Source of the DNA: an uncultured Candidatus Saccharibacteria bacterium
Lineage (GTDB): Bacteria; Patescibacteriota; Minisyncoccia; UBA6257; 2-01-FULL-56-20
Reading direction: 5' to 3'
NCBI GenBank assembly: GCA_964360535.1
Contig: CAYHXB010000004.1
Coordinates: 1-36,103 of the forward strand
DNA length: 36,103 bases
Below, in pieces: positions 1 through 7,306 of the stretch. Position numbers and translations under genes: made by a program. The stretch's first letter is position 1; each line of letters starts with the position of its first letter. Below the pieces are notes generated by a model. That model was not told the DNA's origin and did no database searches. It saw nothing but the letters and a program-made list of their open reading frames with translations.

Positions 1-590
1 AGCGAAAAATTCCGATTGCCTACGCGCGCCGCGTCAGAGGAATGAAAATGTACGGAGGAGTCCAAAGCTATCTTCCGCTCAAGGTCAACCAGGCCGGAAT
101 GATTCCGCTGATATTCGCCATCTCCGTGCTTCTTTTTCCGCAGTTCCTCGCGCAGGTAACTTCAATTTTCTCCGTCAGTTTCGCGCTGAAGATGAATCAG
201 ATAGTGACCGAATTCCTGAACAACCAGCTTTTTTACGGAATAATTTATTTTCTGCTCGTCGTTCTCTTCACTTATTTCTACACAGCCATAACTTTCAACC
301 CCGAGGAAGTTTCCAAGAACCTGCAGAGAAGCGGAGGTTTCGTTCCTGGTATCAGGCCCGGAGAAGCCACGGCCGAATTTTTTTCCAAGCTCACGGGAAG
401 GGTTACTTTCCTCGGTGCCATGGCTTTGGGTTCAGTAGCCATTTTGCCTCTGGTTGTCCAGGCATTCACCAAAATAGCGGTTTTGACCGTCAGCGGCACG
501 GCTTTGCTTATAGTCGTCGCCGTTGTTTTGGATATGATGAGACAGATTAATTCCCAGCTCATATCTAGGGAGTACGAAGGCATAGAGTGA
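1..590 (+). CDS. secY: Preprotein translocase subunit SecY, C-terminal part (5' end lies outside the window; reading frame starts at base 3)
   Basis: The frame is open from base 3 (RKIPIAYARRVRGMKMYGG...) and continues into the listed ORF 42..590. The motifs YGGxxSYLPLKVNQAGMIP(L/V)IFA and the hydrophobic C-terminal helices are typical of SecY. Confidence 0.9.
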   Translation, partial: RKIPIAYARRVRGMKMYGGVQSYLPLKVNQAGMIPLIFAISVLLFPQFLAQVTSIFSVSFALKMNQIVTEFLNNQLFYGIIYFLLVVLFTYFYTAITFNPEEVSKNLQRSGGFVPGIRPGEATAEFFSKLTGRVTFLGAMALGSVAILPLVVQAFTKIAVLTVSGTALLIVVAVVLDMMRQINSQLISREYEGIE

Positions 591-594
591 AGTC

Positions 595-672
595 GCTGCT
601 GTTTCAAGTAGCCTGGTCCTCGTACGTACTGCGGGGCTACTTGAAACAGCAGCTGCCTTTTAGTTTGTTTGA
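595..672 (+). terminator. Intrinsic terminator-like hairpin after secY
   Basis: A perfect 19-bp stem (595-613 GCTGCTGTTTCAAGTAGCC pairs with 635-653) with a 21-nt loop, followed by a T-rich tract (TGCCTTTTAGTTTGTTTG). Confidence 0.6.
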
Positions 673-724
673 TTGCGAGGTTGTCCAAAATGTCGCTTTC
701 GCTTTTTTGGTTTAAAATTGAAGC

Positions 725-1927
725 ATGAAAAGAAAATATAAAGTATTCGTCGGAATGTCGGGAGGCGTGGATAGTTCGGTGACCGCCCTTTTGCTTTCCG
801 CCCAAGGCGGATCCGCCCCGGGCGGAAAAAAGTACGATGTCGTCGGCATTTTCATGCGTTCTTACAATATAGACGGATGCGCCGAAACTGATGCCGAGGA
901 CGCCCGCAGGGTTGCCGGAAAACTAAGCATTCCTTTTTACGTCTGGGATTTTGAAGAAGAATACAAAAAGAAAGTTGTTGATTATATGGTTGAAGGATAC
1001 AGAAAAGGGCTTACTCCCAATCCGGACGTGATGTGCAACAAGGAAATAAAATTCGGATTGTTTTTGGAAAAAGCGCTGAAGTTCGGAGCGGATTATGTCG
1101 CAACCGGGCATTACGTGCGACTGGGCTTATCAACGAATAGCGAATCCATTGCGAATTTGCGAATAAAAAATTCTAAATTCGTAAATTCGAAAATTATTCG
1201 TTATTCGCTGATGGTCGCCAAAGACAAAAACAAAGACCAGAGTTATTTTTTATGGATTTTGAACCAAAAACAGCTCAAACATTGTTTATTTCCGATAGGC
1301 AATTATCAGAAATCGGAAGTCCGCGCCATCGCTAAAAAGGCAGGTTTATCCACGGCAGAAAAGAAGGACTCGCAGGGAATTTGTTTCCTCGGCAAAGTGA
1401 CGCTCGCCGATTTTTTGGGCTCTTATCTGCCGGCAAAAAGGGGAGCAGTTCTTAATATTGCCGGAAAAGTAATAGGAAAACATTCGGGAGCCCATTTTTT
1501 CACAATAGGCCAGCGGCACGGGCTCGCTTCAGGCGACTGGAAAAGAACCCCTGGCACAAGCAAGCCGTTTTACGTTTCTGAAAAAAATGTCAGAAAAAAT
1601 ACCATAGTTGTCGCCGAAGGCGAAAACGACGAATCACTTTTTAAGAAAGAAGTGAAACTAACGGATATTAATAAAATTACGAATTTTAAATTACCAATCT
1701 CGGTAATGGCGCGCGTGCGTTACAGGCAGCCGGTTTTTAAGGCGTCGCTTGAACAAGGTAAAGGCAAAGGGCTGAAACTTGTTTTCGGCAAACCGCAGAA
1801 ATTTGTGGCCGCAGGCCAGTCCGCGGTATTCTATATAAATATAAATGAAGATCCCTCGTCGCCTTCGGCTCGCTCTGGACGAAGTTCTGGCGAACTTCGG
1901 ATGCTTGGCGGCGGAGTAATAAAATGA
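725..1927 (+). CDS. mnmA: tRNA-specific 2-thiouridylase MnmA (tRNA 5-methylaminomethyl-2-thiouridine synthesis), carrying three apparent in-frame insertions
   Basis: N-terminal PP-loop VGMSGGVDSSV, then NPDVMCNKEIKF, ATGHY, KDQSYFL, DSQGICF and the C-terminal LGGGVI motifs. Confidence 0.9.
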   Translation: MKRKYKVFVGMSGGVDSSVTALLLSAQGGSAPGGKKYDVVGIFMRSYNIDGCAETDAEDARRVAGKLSIPFYVWDFEEEYKKKVVDYMVEGYRKGLTPNPDVMCNKEIKFGLFLEKALKFGADYVATGHYVRLGLSTNSESIANLRIKNSKFVNSKIIRYSLMVAKDKNKDQSYFLWILNQKQLKHCLFPIGNYQKSEVRAIAKKAGLSTAEKKDSQGICFLGKVTLADFLGSYLPAKRGAVLNIAGKVIGKHSGAHFFTIGQRHGLASGDWKRTPGTSKPFYVSEKNVRKNTIVVAEGENDESLFKKEVKLTDINKITNFKLPISVMARVRYRQPVFKASLEQGKGKGLKLVFGKPQKFVAAGQSAVFYININEDPSSPSARSGRSSGELRMLGGGVIK

Positions 1928-2451
1928 TTATAATATTTACGGGTAATGGTAAGGGTAAGACAACGTCATCTCTCGGCCAGATGGTCCGTGTTGCAGGCAG
2001 AGGCAAAAGCGCCCTGATGATTCAGTTTATCAAGGGACCGTGGGAAAGCGGCGAAGATCTCTTCGCCGCCAAATTCGAAATCCCAAATTCGAAATTCGAA
2101 ATAAAGAAAATGGGATTGGGTTTCGTCGGAATTCTTGGCGACAAATTGCCCATTGAAGAGCATATGAAAGCCGCCGAAAAAGCGCTGGAATTTTTTAAAA
2201 AAGAATCGGCTTCCGGCAAGTGGCACTTGATAGTTCTGGACGAAATAAATGTCGCCGTTTCGCTCGGTCTCTTGAAACCGGAGCAGGTGATTGAAGCAGT
2301 CAAGGATTACCCCAAAGAAAAATTGCTTATTTTAAGCGGACGGAAAGCTCCCCAGGAATTCATTGATATCGCTAATCTGGTGACCGAAATGAAGGAAATA
2401 AAGCATCCTTTTAACGATGGCGAACTGGCAAAATTGGGAATAGAGTTTTAA
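1924..2451 (+). CDS. CobA/CobO/BtuR-family P-loop protein (cob(I)yrinic acid a,c-diamide adenosyltransferase-like)
   Basis: Walker A GNGKGKTTSSLG, IQFIKG, LIVLDEI and the protein length are typical of the family. ATGA start/stop overlap with mnmA. Confidence 0.65.
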   Translation: MIIIFTGNGKGKTTSSLGQMVRVAGRGKSALMIQFIKGPWESGEDLFAAKFEIPNSKFEIKKMGLGFVGILGDKLPIEEHMKAAEKALEFFKKESASGKWHLIVLDEINVAVSLGLLKPEQVIEAVKDYPKEKLLILSGRKAPQEFIDIANLVTEMKEIKHPFNDGELAKLGIEF

Positions 2452-2586
2452 CGGAAATCATTTGCAAAAAAAGCCATTATCTCATACAATGTAATACCAA
2501 TATACGAATGTATGCGAATGATACAAATAATACAAATTCGTATCAATTAGTATCATTAGTACAATTTGTATATTAGTATCATAGTT

Positions 2587-3345
2587 ATGGAAGAAACAAA
2601 ACAGGACAATTTAACCGACCTTTTCCCGGAAGGAGCATTTAAGGAGCTTACTGACGCCGGCGTTTTTCTCGGCCGCAAAAAGAACAAGACCCATCCGAGG
2701 ATGAGGCCTTATATTTTGACCACCAGAAACGAAGTTGAGATAATCAACCTCCAAAAGACAATTGACGGCATAGAAAAATCATCCGCTTTCATAAAAGAAA
2801 AAATGAGAAACGGAGGAACTTTGATGATTGTCGGAACTCAGCCGCAGGCAGCCGATTCCGTTACAAAATTCGCCAAAGAACTTGATTTGCCGTATGTCGC
2901 TGTGCGTTGGCTCGGCGGGCTAATAACAAATTTTAGAGTTCTTTCCAAGAGGATAGAATATTACAAGAAACTTAAATCGGAACTTAGCAGTGGCGCTTTG
3001 GTGGACAAATACACCAAAAAAGAACGGCTTGGTTTTGAAAAAGAAATGCGCCGCCTTGAAGAACTTTTTGGCGGACTCGCAAATTACGCGGCGGTGCCTA
3101 GCATCCTTATTGTCATTGACCCGAATCCGCATATGACCGCGGTCAAAGAAGCCAAGATTGCCGGCATCCCGGTTGTGGCCTATGTGAACACCGACCTCGA
3201 CCCTGAAATCGTCAATTATCCGGTTGTAGGCAACACCAAAGCGAAAATGAGCATTGATTGGTTTCTGGACAAAATGAAAGAGGCAATCAAGGAAGGCAAA
3301 GTTGCTCTTCCTATTCAGCCGAAAGAAGAAGTTGAGGTAAAATAA
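2587..3345 (+). CDS. rpsB: 30S ribosomal protein S2
   Basis: Motifs AGVFLGRKKNKTHPRM, GGTLMIVGTQ, RWLGGLITNF and PSILIVIDP. ATG at 2587 is preferred over the TTG at 2566 used by the ORF track. Confidence 0.9.
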   Translation: MEETKQDNLTDLFPEGAFKELTDAGVFLGRKKNKTHPRMRPYILTTRNEVEIINLQKTIDGIEKSSAFIKEKMRNGGTLMIVGTQPQAADSVTKFAKELDLPYVAVRWLGGLITNFRVLSKRIEYYKKLKSELSSGALVDKYTKKERLGFEKEMRRLEELFGGLANYAAVPSILIVIDPNPHMTAVKEAKIAGIPVVAYVNTDLDPEIVNYPVVGNTKAKMSIDWFLDKMKEAIKEGKVALPIQPKEEVEVK

Positions 3346-3361
3346 AAAAAGCAAAAATATT

Positions 3362-3808
3362 ATGGCAGCCGTAGACGATATAAAGAAACTTCGCGATGTT
3401 ACGGGAGCAGGCGTTATGGAGTGCAAGCAGGCAATTGCCGACAGCAAGGGAGATTTTGACGCAGCCATCAAGCTTATCCACGAACGCGGACTCGCAAAAG
3501 TGGAAAAAAGAGCCGGAAGGGAAGCCGGAGCCGGTTTGATACAATCATACGTGCATAATGAAAGAATAGGCGTAATTCTTGATGTCCGCGCCGAAACCGA
3601 TTTCGTGGTGCGCTCGGAGCCCTTCAAAAAGCTCGCCAAGGACCTCGCTATGCAGATAGCGGCCGCAGGCCCGGCCAATGTTGAAGAACTTTTGAAACAG
3701 CCGTATATTAAAGACGAGTCCAGAACCGTGGACGAAATAATAAAGTTGACCATTGCCCAGGTAGGCGAAAATATACAAGTAAAGACATTTTCTCGTTTGG
3801 AATTGTAA
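3362..3808 (+). CDS. tsf: Elongation factor Ts, unusually short form (148 aa)
   Basis: N-terminal UBA-like motif IKKLRDVTGAGVMECKQAI, then AGREAGAGLIQSYVH, AETDFV and MQIAA. Lies downstream of rpsB as in the conserved rpsB-tsf operon. Confidence 0.85.
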   Translation: MAAVDDIKKLRDVTGAGVMECKQAIADSKGDFDAAIKLIHERGLAKVEKRAGREAGAGLIQSYVHNERIGVILDVRAETDFVVRSEPFKKLAKDLAMQIAAAGPANVEELLKQPYIKDESRTVDEIIKLTIAQVGENIQVKTFSRLEL

Positions 3809-3812
3809 ATCA

Positions 3813-4172
3813 ATGCTTCAATTCATTTTGACAACGATTTTGATGGCATCGCTTGGAACGATGCTTTATCTCGTGGCCCGTTCTTTGCCGCGCGTCGGCG
3901 AAGAAACTTCCGGCAAGCAAAATCTTTTGGACCGCCTGTCTTCTTCCGAGATTCCGGAAAAAATAGACGCGGCTTTCAATGCTTTTCTTCTTAAGTCGTT
4001 AAGGAAAACGAAAGTCGTTTTGATGAAAGTGGACAATTTCATCAACGACAAACTCAAAAGAGTTTCGCCTAACGGCAACGGCAAGCCGAAGATAGATTTC
4101 AAGGACTTAGCTGAAACAAGCGAGGAAAAAACGGAAGAAACATCATCCAATAAGGAAGTTGATTCAGTTTAG
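3813..4172 (+). CDS. Hypothetical small membrane-anchored protein
   Basis: One N-terminal hydrophobic helix followed by a charged, low-complexity C-terminus. No recognisable family. Confidence 0.45.
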   Translation: MLQFILTTILMASLGTMLYLVARSLPRVGEETSGKQNLLDRLSSSEIPEKIDAAFNAFLLKSLRKTKVVLMKVDNFINDKLKRVSPNGNGKPKIDFKDLAETSEEKTEETSSNKEVDSV

Positions 4173-4198
4173 AGACCCCTATTTCTGCTTTTATTTTG

Positions 4199-4282
4199 TG
4201 CGTCGGGTAGGATTCGAACCTACGAAGCCCATAGGGCGATAGATTTACAGTCTATTGCGATTGACCACTCCGCCACCGACGC
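4199..4282 (-). tRNA. tRNA-Tyr (anticodon GTA), long variable arm, CCA not encoded
   Basis: Manual cloverleaf on the minus strand: acceptor GCGTCGG/CCGACGC; D arm GCGG-AGTGGTCAA-TCGC; anticodon arm ATAGA-CTGTAAA-TCTAT; 15-nt variable arm; T arm GTAGG-TTCGAAT-CCTAC; discriminator A. Confidence 0.9.
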
Positions 4283-4286
4283 ATTT

Positions 4287-4391
4287 TAAAATTATCTTTC
4301 TCTTACCGTTGGACATACCTGCGTAGCCCATTGGCCACCCACCGCCGTAGGCGGGGCCCCGCTTTAGCGGTGGTCCGCCACCGACGCATTT
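4287..4391 (-). repeat. Duplicated tRNA-Tyr 5' fragment plus a GC-rich double-hairpin element
   Basis: The 18-nt TCCGCCACCGACGCATTT occurs at 4269-4286 (the real tRNA 5' end plus 4 nt of leader) and again at 4374-4391. The spacer between the copies contains element 4331-4373, which is nearly identical in reverse complement to 12788-12829. Confidence 0.7.
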
Positions 4392-4474
4392 AACTATCGG
4401 GCTTAATTATTGTCCGAATCTGGAGTTTTTTCAATACCACCACTAGCAGGGCTACTTTATGATATAATTTCAAT

Positions 4475-5341
4475 ATGACAATGAGCACCATAGAAAAAAC
4501 AAATCTCTTTACGCGTAAAACCAAAACCAAAGCAGACGTGATTTTGGGAGATTGTTTAGAGGTGCTTAAAACTATGCCCGACGGTAGCATTGATCTTATA
4601 GTGACTTCGCCACCATATGCCGATCAGCGTAAAAAGACATATGGCGGTATCAATCCAGACAAATATGCTGAATGGTTTTTGCCGATTACCAAAGAATTGC
4701 TTCGCGTTATGCGGCCGACCGGCACGTTCATACTCAATATCAAAGAAAAAGTGGTTGATTGCGAGCGCCATACCTACGTAATGGAGCTAATTATTAACAT
4801 GAGAAAGCAGGGCTGGTTCTGGACGGAAGAGTTTATTTGGCACAAGAAAAACTGCTACCCTGGCAAGTGGCCGAACCGTTTCCGTGATTCATGGGAGCGT
4901 ATACTTCAATTCAACAAACAAAAAAATTTCACTATGTATCAAGAAGAAGTAATGGTGCCGATGGGGAACTGGGCGAAAACGCGACTCAAGAATTTAAGCA
5001 ATACAGACAAGACAAGAGACAACTCAAAAGTCGGTAGTGGTTTCGGTAAAAACGTTTCAAGGTGGGTTGGACGAGATATGGCGTATCCTACGAATGTGCT
5101 TGTCATGGCAACAGAGACATCTAATAAACAACACAGCGCGGTATTTCCCAAGGAACTTCCAGCATGGTTTATCAAACTCTTCACGAAACCCGGTGATGTC
5201 GTCCTTGATCCGTTTCTCGGAGCGGGAACTACTTCCATTACCGCATTTGAACTTGATCGTAGTTCAATTGGTATTGAAATAAAAGAAGAATATTATAATC
5301 TGGCTATTAAAAATATCCGAGAACAAACGACGCAATTATGA
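4475..5341 (+). CDS. Beta-class amino DNA methyltransferase (N4-cytosine or N6-adenine), type II R-M
   Basis: Catalytic motif IV TSPPY is N-terminal and the AdoMet motif I DPFLGAGTT is C-terminal. This is the permuted order typical of the ParB-less N4/N6 MTase family (N6_N4_Mtase). Confidence 0.85.
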   Translation: MTMSTIEKTNLFTRKTKTKADVILGDCLEVLKTMPDGSIDLIVTSPPYADQRKKTYGGINPDKYAEWFLPITKELLRVMRPTGTFILNIKEKVVDCERHTYVMELIINMRKQGWFWTEEFIWHKKNCYPGKWPNRFRDSWERILQFNKQKNFTMYQEEVMVPMGNWAKTRLKNLSNTDKTRDNSKVGSGFGKNVSRWVGRDMAYPTNVLVMATETSNKQHSAVFPKELPAWFIKLFTKPGDVVLDPFLGAGTTSITAFELDRSSIGIEIKEEYYNLAIKNIREQTTQL

Positions 5342-6102
5342 AAAAACTAAATTATAAAAAATTAAACACCTTTATCGTTTCCGATGTCATTCGGCCATTT
5401 TATGAAATACGATTTGAAGCTTTAAAAGTTATAAAATTAAAAAACGTAGCAAAACGAAAGAACCCCTATCTTTTCAAAGCAAAAAACGTAGAAACCGCTG
5501 GCGACCTTGCAAAGAATATTCTTGATGCGTTTTTGTCGTCGCAAGAAGAAACGATATTTGGCGATCTTATGGAAAACCTTGCTATCAATGTGTGCAAACA
5601 AGTTTTTAAGGGTAAGAAAGCAGAGCAAGCTAAATATCGTAGCATAGACCTAATCTTCGAACGCGATGGGAAAATATACATTGTTGGTATCAAATCTGGA
5701 CCAAATTGGGGCAATAGCGACCAAGTCAACGCAATGAAACGTAATTTCGCGATTGCAAAAAAAATTATTCGCGCAGCACGCGGTAAAAAAACCGAGATTA
5801 TTGCCGTTAATGGATGTATTTATGGCCGCGATAATCAAGCATACAAGATTGATAAGAAAAATAAAGACCAAAATTATTACAAGCTATGTGGACAATCCTT
5901 TTGGGAACTTGTTTCTGGCGACAGTCAACTTTATAAAACAATTATCCAGCCACTTGATGCTGAAGCGAAAAAACGCGACCAGACATTCAAAGACCTCTAT
6001 GCGGAAAAAATAAATGAAATGACAAAAGATATTATAGAACTTTTTTACACCAAAAGTCGCCTTGATTGGGACAAGATTGTAGAATACGTTTCTAAGAAAT
6101 AG
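5338..6102 (+). CDS. Putative type II restriction endonuclease partner of the methyltransferase
   Basis: ATGA-coupled to the methyltransferase and similarly AT-rich. A PD-(D/E)xK-like stretch is possible (IDLIFERDGKIYIVGIKSG). The family assignment was not verified. Confidence 0.5.
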   Translation: MKKLNYKKLNTFIVSDVIRPFYEIRFEALKVIKLKNVAKRKNPYLFKAKNVETAGDLAKNILDAFLSSQEETIFGDLMENLAINVCKQVFKGKKAEQAKYRSIDLIFERDGKIYIVGIKSGPNWGNSDQVNAMKRNFAIAKKIIRAARGKKTEIIAVNGCIYGRDNQAYKIDKKNKDQNYYKLCGQSFWELVSGDSQLYKTIIQPLDAEAKKRDQTFKDLYAEKINEMTKDIIELFYTKSRLDWDKIVEYVSKK

Positions 6103-7228
6103 TATCTGCAACCGCCTTCTTAATCTCCTCTTCCTCGTCTGTTTTCAATACAAATATTCTGACTGGACTTTTTGTGTCCGAAATATCGTTCATTGGCTGG
6201 GCTTTTTCGTTTAAGCCGGCATCAATAACAATTCCGAGATGAGATAAACCTTGTATAACGCGGCTGCGCACCGGAGCCGAGCGGACGCCCATTGTTCCCG
6301 AAAAAACAATCGCATCCAGTCCGCCAAGCGCTGCCACGTAAGCGCCGATTAAAAGTTTTATCCGGTAAGCAAAGGTATCAATAGCCAAACGGGAATTTTC
6401 ATCGCCGTTCTTTTCGGCTTCAAGAAGAACGCGCATATCGCCCGATTTTCCGCTCAAAGCGAGAAGTCCGCTTTGCGAATAAAGCATATTGCGTACGCTT
6501 TTTGTATCACTTCCTTCGGCAAGACGCAACACAGCTTCCGGGTCAATGTCGCCGGAACGGGTGCTCATAGGAACGCCGCTCACTGGCGAGTAGCCCATAG
6601 ACGTTTCAATACTTTTTCCGTTCAAAAGCGCGGTTATACTGACGCCGCTTCCCATATGACAGACAATCACACGTTCCGGAGTTTTACCGAGTAATTTTTC
6701 CAGTTGCGAAACAGCTGAGGCAACGGAAAGTCCGTGAAAACCTGCGCGTTCAATTCTGTTCTGCGATGGAATAGCGTAGCGGCTGGCAATAGCAGGCATC
6801 GTTGAATGAAAGGCGCTGTCCGAGGCCGCCACAACAGGAATTCCGGGCAAAAGGCGGTTTAATTCTGCGAGTTCGTCAACAACAAACGGTATGTGTGCCG
6901 GGTCGCGTTCGGCTTCTTTGGAAAGGGTTTCAAGATACTTTGCGTCTATAACGGCGTGCTTCCCGAATTCTTTTCCTATGGCGACTACGCGTATTCCAAC
7001 TGCGTTTATTTCTGCATTATGCTTTTCCTTGGCGTAAGTAATGACTTGCGAAAGAGCGTTATTGTAAAACACTTCGTCAATTGCCGCAGGTTCGTTGCCG
7101 TCATATGTCACGGCAAAGCCGGACTCCGTTTTTTCAAAATGAGCCATAAAAAGCCGCGCGTCTCCGCCAAAGAGCGCGTATTTTTTGGACGAACTGCCGA
7201 GATTTATTGTTAAAATATTTTTATCCAT
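6092..7228 (-). CDS. ackA: Acetate kinase
   Basis: Motifs ILTINLGSSSKKYALF, GFHGLS, IVCHMGSGVSI, GDMR and IVFSGTMG. Confidence 0.9.
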   Translation of the reverse strand: MDKNILTINLGSSSKKYALFGGDARLFMAHFEKTESGFAVTYDGNEPAAIDEVFYNNALSQVITYAKEKHNAEINAVGIRVVAIGKEFGKHAVIDAKYLETLSKEAERDPAHIPFVVDELAELNRLLPGIPVVAASDSAFHSTMPAIASRYAIPSQNRIERAGFHGLSVASAVSQLEKLLGKTPERVIVCHMGSGVSITALLNGKSIETSMGYSPVSGVPMSTRSGDIDPEAVLRLAEGSDTKSVRNMLYSQSGLLALSGKSGDMRVLLEAEKNGDENSRLAIDTFAYRIKLLIGAYVAALGGLDAIVFSGTMGVRSAPVRSRVIQGLSHLGIVIDAGLNEKAQPMNDISDTKSPVRIFVLKTDEEEEIKKAVADTIS

Positions 7229-7234
7229 GTTTCA

Positions 7235-7292
7235 ACTTTATAACTTTTCCGCCAGAGGCGGATCCGCCTTCGGCGGAAAACTTTATAACTTT
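7235..7292. repeat. 30-nt double-hairpin palindrome (TCCGCC-N3-GGCGGATCCGCC-N3-GGCGGA) flanked by a 13-bp direct repeat
   Basis: Element at 7248-7277. ACTTTATAACTTT occurs at 7235-7247 and again at 7280-7292. A second copy of the element lies at 797-826 inside mnmA. Confidence 0.7.
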
Positions 7293-7306
7293 CAACTTAG
7301 AATTTT

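Noticed and set aside
278-805. 175-aa minus-strand ORF overlapping secY and the mnmA start
   Set aside because: It is antisense to a clearly recognisable SecY frame and has no motif content. It crosses the terminator hairpin and the intergenic spacer. Typical shadow ORF.
2461-2586. AT-rich periodic repeats upstream of rpsB (GTATCAATTA GTATCATTA GTACAATTT GTATATTA ...) as a possible regulatory RNA or S2 autoregulatory leader
   Set aside because: I see only low-complexity periodic sequence of about 9 nt. I could not draw a pseudoknot like the known rpsB leader. It is noted as a repeat-like spacer but not called as a feature.
2920-3813. 297-aa minus-strand ORF
   Set aside because: It is entirely antisense to rpsB and tsf, both of which carry unambiguous family motifs. 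Shadow ORF.
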